Assembly (NCBI GenBank): GCA_965219995.1
Contig: CBDCOX010000002.1
Location: forward strand, 5,312,001 to 5,376,000
Origin: Candidatus Latescibacterota bacterium
GTDB lineage: Bacteria > Latescibacterota > UBA2968 > GCA-2709665
Reading direction: 5' to 3'
Length of the DNA: 64,000 bases
The position numbers were made by a program, and so were the translations under genes. This document shows positions 38,934 through 49,016 of this stretch, piece after piece (positions within the stretch are counted from its first letter, which is position 1; the number at the start of each line of letters is the position of its first letter). Below the pieces are notes generated by a model, which made no database searches, had not been told where the DNA came from, and saw only the letters and a list, made by a program, of their open reading frames with translations.

Positions 38934-40358
38934 ATGAAAGCACTCCATCATCCGCTTCTGCTTCTGGTTTTGCTAATCGCCCAGACCGGCGCCGCGGAAC
39001 ATCGCATCGAGAACGCCAACGTCATTCCCATGACCGGGGAAGGCGTGCTGGAGGGCCACTCGGTACTGGTACGCGACGGCCTCATCGCCGCGATCTGCGC
39101 ACCGGGCGCCCCGTGCGGCGGCGACGACGCCGAGGTTATCGACGGCGCGGGCAAGTTCCTCATTCCCGGCCTGATCGACATGCACGCCCACACCAACCCG
39201 GGCGACCCCTCGGCCGTGGATGGGGAGACGTGGGAGATGCTCCAACGCATCCAGTCCCAGCAGTTGCGCCAGTACGTGATGTTCGGCGTCACCACCCTGC
39301 GCGACACCGCCGGCGGCCCGGTCAACCTCGAGGTGCGCGAACGGATCGAGCGCGGAGAGGCCTTCGGACCGCGCCTCTTCACCGCATTCGGCGCGATGGA
39401 CGGCAACCCGCCCCTGCACGCCGCCACCACGCCCTTCGGGAGCGGTGAAGCGGCGGCCGCCTACGTGTTCAACACGGCGGCCGCCGGCTACGACTTCGTC
39501 AAGATCTACTCCACCCTGCGCAGACCCGTCTTCGACGCGATCGTCGACGCCGCCGAGGAAGTCGGCCTGCCGGTCGTCGGCCACGTGCCGATGCCGATCG
39601 ACGTCGAGTACGCGCTCCAGCGCGGCATGCGCTCGATCGAGCACCTCTCCGGTTACGACATCGCCTGCGCGGGACCCGAGGCGGGACTCCAGCCGATCAT
39701 GGCCGATGTCTACCAGGGCATGAACTACTGCACCCCGGAGAAGATCCGGAAGCTCGCCGAGATGACGGCGCGGTACGACGCCTGGAACTGCCCCACCCTC
39801 ATCGTCCAGGACAACGTGAAGTCCGAGTGGGACCGCCATACCGGCTTCGACGAGGAAGAGGCCCGCTACACGCCGCCGATGCTGCGCTACTTCCAGGCGT
39901 ACCTGTACGAGATCTTCCTGCCCCGGGCGCGCGCCGGGCTGAAGGCCGCCCGGACGCCGCGAATGGCGCTGGTCAAGGCGCTGAGCGACGCCGGCGCGCC
40001 CCTCCTGCTCGGGACCGACACCACCGCTTCCGGCTACAACGTGCACCAGGAACTGGCGCTGCTGGTCGAATCCGGCCTCACGCCCTACCAGGCACTGACC
40101 GCGGCCACTTCGGAACCGGCGCGCTATTTCGAACGCGTCGGCGAGTTCGGGACCATCGTCCCTGGCGGCAGCGCGGACCTCGTGCTGCTCGACGGGAACC
40201 CGCTCACGGACATCGAGAACTCCCGCGGCATCGCCGGGGTCATGCTGCGCGGCGACTGGTGGCCCAGGCCGCGCATCGAGCGGGAGCTCGCATCGCTTCA
40301 GGCGGAGTACGCGCGCGACGCGGCAGTCCTGGAGGAGCAGGGCCGGGGCGCGCCTTGA
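38934..40358 (+). CDS. Secreted amidohydrolase family protein
   Basis: PGLIDMHAH, GVTTLRD, VKIY, GHVP, SIEH, GTD, ADLVLLDGNPL. Confidence 0.92.
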   Translation: MKALHHPLLLLVLLIAQTGAAEHRIENANVIPMTGEGVLEGHSVLVRDGLIAAICAPGAPCGGDDAEVIDGAGKFLIPGLIDMHAHTNPGDPSAVDGETWEMLQRIQSQQLRQYVMFGVTTLRDTAGGPVNLEVRERIERGEAFGPRLFTAFGAMDGNPPLHAATTPFGSGEAAAAYVFNTAAAGYDFVKIYSTLRRPVFDAIVDAAEEVGLPVVGHVPMPIDVEYALQRGMRSIEHLSGYDIACAGPEAGLQPIMADVYQGMNYCTPEKIRKLAEMTARYDAWNCPTLIVQDNVKSEWDRHTGFDEEEARYTPPMLRYFQAYLYEIFLPRARAGLKAARTPRMALVKALSDAGAPLLLGTDTTASGYNVHQELALLVESGLTPYQALTAATSEPARYFERVGEFGTIVPGGSADLVLLDGNPLTDIENSRGIAGVMLRGDWWPRPRIERELASLQAEYARDAAVLEEQGRGAP

Positions 40359-40437
40359 CGCCCCAAGATCAAAGCTCGGATCGGCTCCGATGTTCCGAGT
40401 CGTGCTGACAACCGGTTAACAACCGGTTCGACCGCTG

Positions 40438-40466
40438 TTGACCAATGCGTCGCCGTACATTAATTT
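40438..40466 (+). promoter_or_regulatory. Sigma70-like promoter of the RelBE-like operon
   Basis: TTGACC-N17-TAATTT, followed by a TGAC-N11-GTCA inverted repeat. Confidence 0.55.
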
Positions 40467-40503
40467 GATGTCGTTGACTTTCACCAGATGTCAGGACGAC
40501 CAC

Positions 40504-40725
40504 GTGAGCCAAATCACCGCCCGCCTGCCCGACGAGGTCGTCGAAGCCCTCGACGCCACCGCCCACCGGTTGAACCGTAGCCGCGCAGAGATCATCCGCC
40601 AAGCCATCGAGCGCTACCTGGAGGACTTCGACGACCTGTCCGTAGCCCTCGAACGACTTCAGGACCCGAGTGACCCCGTACTGGACTGGGACGAAGTCCG
40701 TGCCGCGTTACTCGATCACGATTAA
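40504..40725 (+). CDS. CopG/RHH antitoxin (RelB-like)
   Basis: ITARLPDE...SRAEIIRQAIERYLED; overlaps the toxin gene. Confidence 0.88.
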   Translation: MSQITARLPDEVVEALDATAHRLNRSRAEIIRQAIERYLEDFDDLSVALERLQDPSDPVLDWDEVRAALLDHD

Positions 40726-40969
40726 GCGGAGCGCGGCCCGGGAGCTTCAGCGCGTCCCTCTGCCCGACCGTACGCGCGTCACACGGGCCATCGACCGGTT
40801 AGCCGATAGCCCGATGGCCGGGAGTTCGCTCAAGGGAGGGCTCAAGGGCATCCGTCGCTTGCGAGCGGGCGATTACCGGGTCCTCTACGAGGTCCAGGAG
40901 ACCGCATTGGTCGTACTGGTCGTCCGTGTGGCCCACCGACGCGATGCCTACCGGCGCCCCGTCGCCTGA
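40700..40969 (+). CDS. RelE/ParE family toxin
   Basis: RRLRAGDYRVLYEV...VVRVAHRRDAYR. Confidence 0.9.
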   Translation: MPRYSITIKRSAARELQRVPLPDRTRVTRAIDRLADSPMAGSSLKGGLKGIRRLRAGDYRVLYEVQETALVVLVVRVAHRRDAYRRPVA

Positions 40970-41037
40970 CCGCAGCTCCAGGCAGCCGACTATTTCCGCG
41001 GCGGGGGCAACTGGCGGTACGAACGAATGAGCAAAAG

Positions 41038-41265
41038 ATCAAAGACACCGAGCTACTCGACCGCATCACCGTCCGCGGCGACGTTTTCGGCGGGAAGCCC
41101 ATCATCCGCGGCACGCGCATCGCGGTGGAGCATGTGCTGGCCATGCTGGCGGCTGGAGGTATCGCCGAGACCATCCTCCGGGAGTACCCTGACATCCATG
41201 CCGAGGACATCCGCGCCTGCCTGTTGTTCGCCCATCGCTCACTCGCGGGAGAACATTGTGTATGA
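41038..41265 (+). pseudogene. DUF433 antitoxin-like gene lacking a canonical start (ATC) and its usual partner
   Basis: Manual translation IKDTELLDRITVRGDVFGGKPIIRGTRIAVEHVL...EYPDI.AEDIRACLLFA. Confidence 0.75.
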
Positions 41266-42264
41266 CGGCGGCGCTGGACGTTACGGCGCGATACCGAAGT
41301 TCTCTGCCAGAAAGTCCAGCGTTGCCGGCTGAGTTAGTTTGCAGACGACGTTCTGATTTGCGAAAACTCCTGGGAACGTCACAGCCTCCTCCAAAGGGAC
41401 CGTCTTGTGCCAGTTGATGCCTACTAGGTATTCGGCCAAGTCCATGTCCCCGGCATCGTGGAGGATGCCTGGATCGGCTAGCTGTTCGGCATTCAAGGCG
41501 TCGCCATCGGCACGAAAATCCTTGGCCATAACAGGGGGCGCGGTGACGATGCCAAAACCGACGTACCCACGACGCTTCTGGTAGGCGTAGACCGGATCGC
41601 CGGGGCTTAACCTATCTAGTTGAATGGAGTATCGGCGGCCGTATCCGGCAGCGATGAATCCGAACCTGCGCATGTCGTCCCAGCTGCGCACGCCATCATC
41701 GTGGCCCACATTGACATAGAAGTAGCCCGTCCACGGCGCTACCCTCCGTCGCTCTGCGCGCTCGACGACCTGTTCCTGGTCCATCAGCCAGTCGGCGGTG
41801 AGGTACCGTCGACTGTCTTCCTCAAAGACGTTGAAGAAGGCTGTGTTGATGGCTACGCCATGCTCGTTGGCCAGATACTTGACGATGCGCTCGGATGAAG
41901 CGTCTAACTCGCTCGCGACGATGACCATGTTGTGGCTGGTGTTGAGGACCTCGGGCAGTGGTCCATCGAAGCGGTCCTTGAACGCGTTGCCAAGGGTCAT
42001 GCCGTCCCGTTCGGCGATCTGGTGGATGTCGGCTGTTTCAAGGCCCGCAACCCAGCTGGCGTAGTCCAACACTTGGGCGATGATGTCGCGCGGTGTACGG
42101 TCGCGCTTCAGCTCGATGATGGAGAGGTCCCCCTCCTGGTTGATCGCCAGGATGTCAATACGACCGCCGCTTTTGGTCAGCACCTCGCGTCCGATGACGA
42201 GCACATCCAGACCAACCTTGCCCGGATCCTCGGCGACCCAGCGTTGCAGCGTCGCCTCGTTAGC

Positions 42265-44229
42265 CTGAACTTCCAGAGTCCATGTGATCTAACCCATTGA
42301 TTTCGGGGTTGTGTTTTTGAGAACGAGCGTGCGCTACTGGGTACGTTCGAGGCGGATGCCGAGGAGCTTGAAGGCTTCGCGTTGCAGGGCGGTGGGTCGC
42401 GTGATGAGGTCGAAGGGTTCGGCGCCGGGGAGCTGCGGCAACACGCGGTTTTTGGCGATGGTGGCGAGGTCGGCGAGCAGGGTCTGGAAGCTGTGCACGG
42501 GCAGACCGTCGGCGGTGCGCTTGCTGCGCGCCTTGTCGCGCGCGGCGTTGGAGACTGCGGCGGGCGCGACCACGGAGGTTCGCGCGGCGTGTGCGGCGTC
42601 TGGATCGTGGTCGTCGAACAGCAGCGGCTTGAGGCGTTGCCGCATGTGCCACTCGACGTGGTAGGCGAGCATGCACAGGAACACGTGCGCGCGCACCCGG
42701 TTGGCGGCATGGTGGTGGATGGGCCGCACCTTGAGGTCGACCGTCTTGAGGCTGCGGAAGGCGCGCTCGACGACGGCCAGGCCCTTGTAGGCGGCGACGG
42801 TGCCGGCGGCGTCGAGTTGGTCGTCCGGCAGGCTGGTGCGGACGACATGGATGCCGTCGAGAGCGGCCTCGGCGGCGATGGCGTCGGCCTTGCGCGCATG
42901 GGCGAAGGAGCGTTCGCCGACGTCGAGGTCGAAGTGCTTGGCCATCTTGTACTTGCCGACCACCTTGCCGACGCGCAGCGCGATCTGGTTGGCGCCACGC
43001 AGCGGGCGCCGGTCGCGTTGGGTGGCGGCGGCCACGGCGTCGAGGAGTTCCTCGGTGGCGCGCAGCAGTTCCTCGCGCTTGCGCGCGCGCAGTTCGGCGA
43101 GCAGCGGGTTGCGGCACACCATGAGCCGCTCGCCGGGGAAGTCGTCGCTGCGGATCTCGATCAGGTCGGTCTCGTCGAACAGCGACGGCTGCACGGCGCC
43201 GGCGTCGGCGAGGCGGCGGATGGCGGGCGCGCGCAGGGCGCTGATCCAGTCGAGGCCGGCGGGTCGCAGTTGGTCGCGGATGCGCGCGTCGGTGAGCATG
43301 CCGCGGTCGCCGACCAGCACCACGCGGTCGAGGCCGAAGCGGCGCCGCAGCTTGTCGATCTGCGCGCCCAGCGTGGCGGGATCGGCGGTGTTGCCGTCGA
43401 ACACCTCGACCGCCACGGGACAGCCGTCGCGGTTGCACAGCAGGCCGAAGACGATCTGCGGCTTGCCGCGCTTGCCGTCGCGCGAGTAGCCGCGCTTGGC
43501 GAGTGGGCAGCAGTGGCCTTCCAGGTGGCTGGAGGTCAGGTCATAGAGCACCAGGGCGCCGTCGGCGAGATGGCGCCTGGCGAGGCGCGCCTCGATGGCG
43601 TGCTGGCGTTCGAGCAGCCAGTCCATGGCGGCGTACAGGTCGTTCTCGTCGGCGTCCTCGACGCCGAGTTCCGCGGCGAGGGAGTCGCGGGCGGTGTCGG
43701 CGGCGAGGCCGCGGGCGGTGGCGAGCTTGGAGCCCGGATGGAGGATGCGGGCGGCGATCAGCGCGACGGCCAGGTCGCGCCGCCGCGAGCGGGTCCCGGC
43801 GAGCAGGCGGTCGAGGCGCAGCTTGCGCAGGGTGCCGAGCACGGCGGCGACGTGGCCGTGCGGCAGCGAGCGGAGGATGTCGATGGCGGCGGCGGGATCG
43901 GCGACGGCGGCGCCGCCCTTGAGCAGGACGCGCAGGCCGGCGACGAGCTCGGGCGGCCACTTGGAGAGGTTGGCGAGGGTGCGCTTGCGGACCTTGCCGT
44001 CGTGGCGGAAGGACTCGCGCAGCAGGACGGCGGGCGGGGAGTTCCGGTTGGGCACGGACTCGATGTACATGGGCACGTATGATACGTCCAATGCCCACGC
44101 ATGACAACCGAAAGTCACGAATAAACGATCATTTACATGGCTACAGATTCCAGCCTGTGAAACACCAACAATCTACGTCGAATCAAACGGTTAGGTGCGA
44201 AAAACGGGCGGCAAACTCTGGAAGTTCAG
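42265..44229 (-). mobile_element. IS1634-family insertion sequence, 1965 bp
   Basis: Perfect 15-bp terminal IRs CTGAACTTCCAGAGT; 6-bp TSD GTTAGC at 42259-42264 and 44230-44235. Confidence 0.93.
42334..44070 (-). CDS. IS1634-family DDE transposase
   Basis: MYIESVPNRNSPPAVLLRES, LYDLTS, GYSRDGK, VGDRGM, VERAFRSLK, VRAHVFLCMLAY. Confidence 0.95.
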   Translation of the reverse strand: MYIESVPNRNSPPAVLLRESFRHDGKVRKRTLANLSKWPPELVAGLRVLLKGGAAVADPAAAIDILRSLPHGHVAAVLGTLRKLRLDRLLAGTRSRRRDLAVALIAARILHPGSKLATARGLAADTARDSLAAELGVEDADENDLYAAMDWLLERQHAIEARLARRHLADGALVLYDLTSSHLEGHCCPLAKRGYSRDGKRGKPQIVFGLLCNRDGCPVAVEVFDGNTADPATLGAQIDKLRRRFGLDRVVLVGDRGMLTDARIRDQLRPAGLDWISALRAPAIRRLADAGAVQPSLFDETDLIEIRSDDFPGERLMVCRNPLLAELRARKREELLRATEELLDAVAAATQRDRRPLRGANQIALRVGKVVGKYKMAKHFDLDVGERSFAHARKADAIAAEAALDGIHVVRTSLPDDQLDAAGTVAAYKGLAVVERAFRSLKTVDLKVRPIHHHAANRVRAHVFLCMLAYHVEWHMRQRLKPLLFDDHDPDAAHAARTSVVAPAAVSNAARDKARSKRTADGLPVHSFQTLLADLATIAKNRVLPQLPGAEPFDLITRPTALQREAFKLLGIRLERTQ

Positions 44230-44440
44230 GTTAGCCAATCTTGAACGGGCTATCGGCGTCAACTCGTCACCGTCAATTCGGTAAAGGGTAGTCAATGGTC
44301 CTGGACTCCTGGGAGCGACGGCTGCAATGCGACTACGAATCAGCCTCAGTGTCAACGGGACAACTTCATCGGTCGCACCGCAACACCGCCCGCGAGTGCT
44401 GGGAGGACGAGAACGAGACAGCGCCGACTCGGCCCGCCAA

Positions 44441-46234
44441 TCAAAGCCCCACGATCGGCAACTCGACACGGCTCGGGTGCTCCGAGTCGTGGTGAATGCT
44501 GATTTCGCTGGTCTGCATCCGGGTCGCGGTCGCGATCGGCTCGCCGGTGTTCGGGTTGGGGTCGAGTATCGGGAACTCGGTGCCCGAAACCGTCACGCGC
44601 AGCACGTTGCCGGCGGCCAGGGTGTGCCCGACGTACGCCAGGGGGATCTCCACAGTGTAGACCCTGCCCGGTTCGAGCCGGACCTCCCGGTCGAAGCCCT
44701 CGTGGTAGCGCAGCCTCAAGGCGCCGCCGGTGCCGAGGCGGATGGCCCGCCCGTCGGGGTAGACCTCGTGCAGGTTCACGATCAGGTCGGTGTCCGGCGT
44801 CGATATGGAGACATGCACGACGGCCCGGCTCTCGCCGATGACGGTCACCGGTTCCGCGAGCGGGGCGGAGTCGTAGACCAGGACCGCTTCGTTCCGGTGG
44901 GAGTCGGAGTACTCGCCGATCCCGGTCATCATGTCGGTGATGGCCACCACCGGGTTGGCCGGGTCCGCGACCGTCACGTCGGCCGGGGCGGCCGAACCGG
45001 GCGCGAACCCCAACGAACCGTCGCCCCCCACGCCGTTGGCCGCCCCGTCGCTCGCCAGGTACACCGCCGTCCTCTCGAGCCCGGGCACCGGCAGGCTGTC
45101 GAACTCCCGCCAGACGTTGCTGCCGGTGACGAACACGCGCACGCGCTGCGGCAGCGACACGGACGCGGGCAATCCCTTGAGGTAGCGGTCGAAAAACGCG
45201 ATGCGCAGCGCCGACATGTCGACGACGCCGGCGCCGTCGAAGCGGTACGGCCCCTCCGCCGGCGGTATGCCGACATAGGAACCGCCGTGGTTCCAGGGCC
45301 CGATCAGGAGCTTGCGGTGCTGCGGATTGGGCGCGTTCTCCTCGAGCTCCCGCCAGGCGTGCAGCGTGCCGATGGACGGGTCGAAGTTGCCGGTCACCAG
45401 CAGCACGGGAATGGCGACCCGCGCGTAGTGCTCGTCCATCATCATCGTCTCGCGCCAGTAATCGCTGCCCAGGACCGGTTCCTCGAGGAACCGGCGGTAC
45501 TGGACGAGTTCGTCGCCGTCGAGGTAGCCGTTCGCGGAGTCGAGGAGCGGGCGGGACGCGAGCAGGCGCTGCCATTCCGGGTCGTCGATCACGCGGCGGG
45601 AGTCCATGAAGCCGACGCCGGTTTCCTCGAAGGACCGCAGGCGCAGCAGCTTGTGCCAGTTCAGCATGTGATAGCGCATGAAGATGCCGCCCGAGTACGG
45701 CGTCTCCCGGAAGAAATGGGACGACGGCACGAACGGGATGATCGCCTTGAGCGCCGGCGGTGCGGTGCTCGCGGCCTGCAGTTGCGTCATGGCGTTGTAC
45801 GAACCGTGGTCCATGCCCACGTTGCCGTCGCTCCAGGGCTGGTCGGCGATCCACGCGATGCAGTCGTACCCGTCGTTGCGGTCGTCGGCGATGAACCGGT
45901 AGCGGCCGTCGTTGTCGCCGATGCCGCGCGCGAGCTGCCAGACGACGGCGTACCCCGCCTCGAGGTAGGCATCCATGATCGCGTTGTGGCGCGGCCCGAT
46001 GGAGAGCAGGTAGGGCGTGCGCACGAGCACCGTCGGAAAGGGCCCCTCGCCCGCCGGCAGGTTGACGTAGGTCAGGAGCTTCGCGCCGTCGCGCATGGCC
46101 ACCCGGACCTCCATTTCCCCGGGCCGCGCGGGCGGGTCCGCCGGTTCCTGCGCCCACGCAACGCCGCCTGGCGTAGCGGCGAGCATCCCGGCCAGCAGCA
46201 GCGCGTGGCACAGGTCGACGACTCGTTTTCTCAT
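44441..46234 (-). CDS. Secreted CocE/NonD family hydrolase
   Basis: MRDGAKL, RTPY, QPWSDGNVG, GSYNA, GPWNH. Confidence 0.92.
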   Translation of the reverse strand: MRKRVVDLCHALLLAGMLAATPGGVAWAQEPADPPARPGEMEVRVAMRDGAKLLTYVNLPAGEGPFPTVLVRTPYLLSIGPRHNAIMDAYLEAGYAVVWQLARGIGDNDGRYRFIADDRNDGYDCIAWIADQPWSDGNVGMDHGSYNAMTQLQAASTAPPALKAIIPFVPSSHFFRETPYSGGIFMRYHMLNWHKLLRLRSFEETGVGFMDSRRVIDDPEWQRLLASRPLLDSANGYLDGDELVQYRRFLEEPVLGSDYWRETMMMDEHYARVAIPVLLVTGNFDPSIGTLHAWRELEENAPNPQHRKLLIGPWNHGGSYVGIPPAEGPYRFDGAGVVDMSALRIAFFDRYLKGLPASVSLPQRVRVFVTGSNVWREFDSLPVPGLERTAVYLASDGAANGVGGDGSLGFAPGSAAPADVTVADPANPVVAITDMMTGIGEYSDSHRNEAVLVYDSAPLAEPVTVIGESRAVVHVSISTPDTDLIVNLHEVYPDGRAIRLGTGGALRLRYHEGFDREVRLEPGRVYTVEIPLAYVGHTLAAGNVLRVTVSGTEFPILDPNPNTGEPIATATRMQTSEISIHHDSEHPSRVELPIVGL

Positions 46235-46298
46235 GGGTTTCCTCCCGCGAATCCGTTGAACGGGACGGACGGCGGCGCGCCGCCGCGGCCGGCTGGCG

Positions 46299-46751
46299 TC
46301 ACATGCTGTAGCCGATCCTCAACCCGTAGGTCCGCGGCGGCGCGAGCAGCCCGCGCATGCCGAGCAGGCCGCTCGGGTAGATCTGCAGCACGTAGACCTC
46401 GTCGCCCAGGTTCTTGCCCCAGGCGGCCACCGTCCAGCGGCCGTCGGAGCTCGTGTAGGTGGAACCCCCGGCGGAGACGTTGTTCGCCGTCAGGCTCGGC
46501 GCGAAGCGGCCGAGGTCCGCCACGTCGTCGAGGATGGCCTGCTTGAGCTTCTCGTCGTCGAAGGCGCTCACCGCGACAGGCACCTCGTAGAGGTTCTCCT
46601 CGCGTTTCTGCGCGGTGACGACGATTTCCTCCAGCGCCGGCTGGGCGTGGGCGACATTGCCGGCCGCGAGCAGGGGCGGCAGGAGAAGCACGGGCAAACA
46701 GGGGACGCACCGCGCGCTTCGCCGCGAACGGATGGGATCGCTAGTGTTCAT
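46299..46751 (-). pseudogene. TonB-dependent receptor reduced by an in-frame internal deletion to 150 aa
   Basis: Signal peptide + LEEIVVTAQKRE + start of plug fused to RWTVAAWGKNL...PPRTYGLRIGYSM. Confidence 0.82.
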
Positions 46752-46902
46752 GTCGGTCTCCTCCACGCAAATGCACGGCACGGCCTTGGCGGACCCCGCC
46801 GCCCGTTCCCAACGCCGACCTGCCTCCCGAAACGACGCGATACTCCCGGCACTCCCTCAGTGCTGAGGGTGCAAGGCACGGGCCGCGTCATGGAATGAGC
46901 CC

Positions 46903-46998
46903 GGAGGAGCCTTCAGCCGGGGAAGTTCCCTCGGCCGCTGACGCGTAAGGAAGTGTCGGTGTTCCTCCCTTCGGCGGATGCGTACTTCCATGCAAGTA
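46903..46998 (+). repeat. 96-bp structured repeat element, copy 1
   Basis: GGAGGAGCCTTCAGCCGGGGAAG...CTTCCATGCAAGTA; one mismatch seen versus copy 3. Confidence 0.88.
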
Positions 46999-47012
46999 CC
47001 GCTGGAGACGAA

Positions 47013-47547
47013 ATGAACACGATCCGCACCCGCGCCCTCTTCGCCGGACCGACACTCGCGGCGTCGATGTGCGCCGGGTTGCTCGTTGGCTGCGCCCCGG
47101 GCGAGGCTCCGCGCGAAGACGGTCAAGCCGGCCCGGCGCCGGTCGCCGCGGAGGAACCCTCGAGCCCGCCGGAGGAAAGCGGTACGACGGACAAGGGCAT
47201 CGTCGTCGGCACCACCGGCGCCGCCGCGGTGCAGGCGGGGTTGGCCATCCTCAAGGCGGGCGGCTCGGCCATGGACGCCGCGTTGGCCACCGCGATGGCG
47301 CAGGTGACCCTCGCCGCGGGAAGCTGGGTCAGCTTCGCGGGCATCATGACGCTGGTCTACTACGACGCCGAGACCGACGCCGTCTACAACATGAACGCGT
47401 CCTACAACACGGTGGCCGGCGAGGACGACCCCATGACCATCCCGGGCCTGGACATTGGCGACATCATGTCCACGGAGCTCCGGCCGTCCGGCGCGCCACC
47501 TTGGTGCCGGGATTCATGAAGGGCGTGGAAGCGGGCCATGAGCGCTT
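47013..47547 (+). pseudogene. Truncated, frameshifted 5' copy of the gamma-glutamyltransferase gene
   Basis: Near-identical to the first ~180 codons of 49017-50807; frameshifts near 47490-47500. Confidence 0.88.
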
Positions 47548-47579
47548 CGGCAAGGTCCCCTTCGCGGTGGCCGGGATTG

Positions 47580-48161
47580 TCAGCGCGGTAGCTGTCGCGT
47601 CAACGACGATGCGGTGAAGAGTTTCGTCAAGACGTCCAGACCAGCGCGACGCAATGCGTCGAGGTGCTGCTCGGGTGAGACCGGAGGATTGCGCAGTCGG
47701 GTGCGGACGCGTTCCGAGGCATCGACGAAACGGCTGGGCGATTCTTGGTAGAGGCGAACCAGGAATCCGTCGGGGTGTTCGGCCTTGAGCCCGTGGGCGG
47801 CGAGCACGGACGCCGGAAAGTCCTTGAGATTGGCGGTGACGATTACATCCGCTTCGCCGCGTGCCGCCGCTGCGACGATATGGCGATCGTCGGGATCGGG
47901 CAGCTGGATTGCGGGCATCAGTTCCTCGTAGCCTGAGACCAGAGCGTCCCGGACGTGGAAGTCCATGAGGCGGCGCGTGCGATTGAGGCGGGTAGCCGGG
48001 ATGTCGGGCCGGCTACGCCGCAGCGCGCGAATCCACTCGTCGTGGACGGCCGTGGACCACTTGGCGCGGTAGAAGTCCGATACTGCGAGTTCGAGCAAAA
48101 GGTCGCGCAGCGGCGCGGGGTACAGGACGGAGGCGTCGAGAAAGGCGACGATGACCGGCAA
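47580..48161 (-). CDS. PIN-domain toxin (PIN_3/VapC50-like)
   Basis: AFLDASVLYP, LPDPDDRHIVAAA, IVTANLKDFP, HPDGFL. Confidence 0.9.
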   Translation of the reverse strand: MPVIVAFLDASVLYPAPLRDLLLELAVSDFYRAKWSTAVHDEWIRALRRSRPDIPATRLNRTRRLMDFHVRDALVSGYEELMPAIQLPDPDDRHIVAAAARGEADVIVTANLKDFPASVLAAHGLKAEHPDGFLVRLYQESPSRFVDASERVRTRLRNPPVSPEQHLDALRRAGLDVLTKLFTASSLTRQLPR

Positions 48162-48164
48162 CGG

Positions 48165-48617
48165 TCAATAGCCCATGTCGAGTTCCTGGGCGTCGGCGGC
48201 AAGTTCATCGAGTGCCCGGCGCCGAGCGGTATCCGTCTCGTTCTTGTAGCGGAGTACGTCGTGGACGCGCACGCGGCGATGCGTGCCCACCTTCCGGAAC
48301 GGCACGGCACCCTCTTCGATGAGTCCGACGAGAAAGGGCCGCGACACGTTGAGGAAGTCGGCCGCCTGCTGGGTCGTCAGCTCGGCGTCCTTGCGGAGCA
48401 CGGCGACGGCGCTGCCGGCGGCGATGTCCTGGAGGATTTCCATGAGGAGCGGACCGACCGAGGCCGGCAGTTCGACGACCTCCCGGCCGTGTACGCCGGT
48501 GACGCTGAGCGTCAAGGCATGATCGGTGTGGAGAAAGGCGGCGAGGCGCTCGCTGGAGGTGCGGGCAACCTCGGCGTCTGCCGGCGTAGGATCGGGGAAA
48601 CGGCTCTGTACTGTCAT
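48165..48617 (-). CDS. Excisionase-like HTH protein (antitoxin partner of the PIN gene)
   Basis: ELTTQQAADFLNVSRPFLVGLIEEG..PFRKVGTHRRV...ELDMGY. Confidence 0.9.
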   Translation of the reverse strand: MTVQSRFPDPTPADAEVARTSSERLAAFLHTDHALTLSVTGVHGREVVELPASVGPLLMEILQDIAAGSAVAVLRKDAELTTQQAADFLNVSRPFLVGLIEEGAVPFRKVGTHRRVRVHDVLRYKNETDTARRRALDELAADAQELDMGY

Positions 48618-48906
48618 GGCGTTGCCGCGCGATGGATTGTTGCAGACAACATAGCGCCTGGGCCCCACTAAACGCAATAATCGCAACGCTTGCAGCAGCG
48701 TCGGACCGGTGGCCAGCCCACGCCCAGGACGGGGCGTTGTCAGAGTAACTGACGGCAGGGTTTCTCGAGCCTGTCGCGCTGGTTGGCCTCGCAGCAGGTT
48801 GCGGCATGGAGGGAGAAGCCGGGTTGCCTCCCGAAACGACGCGATACGCCCGGCACTCCCTCATTGCTGAGGGTGCAAGGCACGGGCCGCGTCATGGAAT
48901 GAGCCC

Positions 48907-49002
48907 GGAGGAGCCTTCAGCCGGGGAAGCTTCCCCAGCCGCTGACGCGTAAGGAAGCGCTCGCGTTCCCCGCGTCGGCGGAGGCGTTCTTCCATGCAAG
49001 TA
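48907..49002 (+). repeat. 96-bp structured repeat element, copy 2 (divergent interior)
   Basis: Same ends as copies 1 and 3; interior CCGCTGACGCG...CGCGTCGGCGG stem. Confidence 0.85.
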
Positions 49003-49016
49003 CCGCTGGAGACGAA

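Larger units (their letters stand above)
41281..44295 (-). pseudogene. NucS/DUF91-like PD-(D/E)XK endonuclease interrupted near codon 22 by IS1634
   Basis: MTTLYRIDGDELTPIARSRLAN (44295-44230) continues in frame as EATLQRWV...GRIDILAI...IIELKR...AQVLDYASW once the IS and one TSD are removed. Confidence 0.85.
46821..47547. repeat. Diverged ~730-bp direct duplication of 48825-49572 (ggt upstream region and 5' end)
   Basis: Colinear sequence starting TGCCTCCCGAAACGACGCG and ending CCCCTTCGCGG. Confidence 0.92.

Noticed and set aside
46903-46998. Known riboswitch (cobalamin, SAM, TPP) upstream of ggt
   Set aside because: I could not find the conserved cores of these families, and copy 3 is antisense to its neighbours; kept as an unassigned repeat
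48165-48617. Prophage excisionase
   Set aside because: No integrase or phage genes nearby; pairing with a PIN gene indicates a TA module
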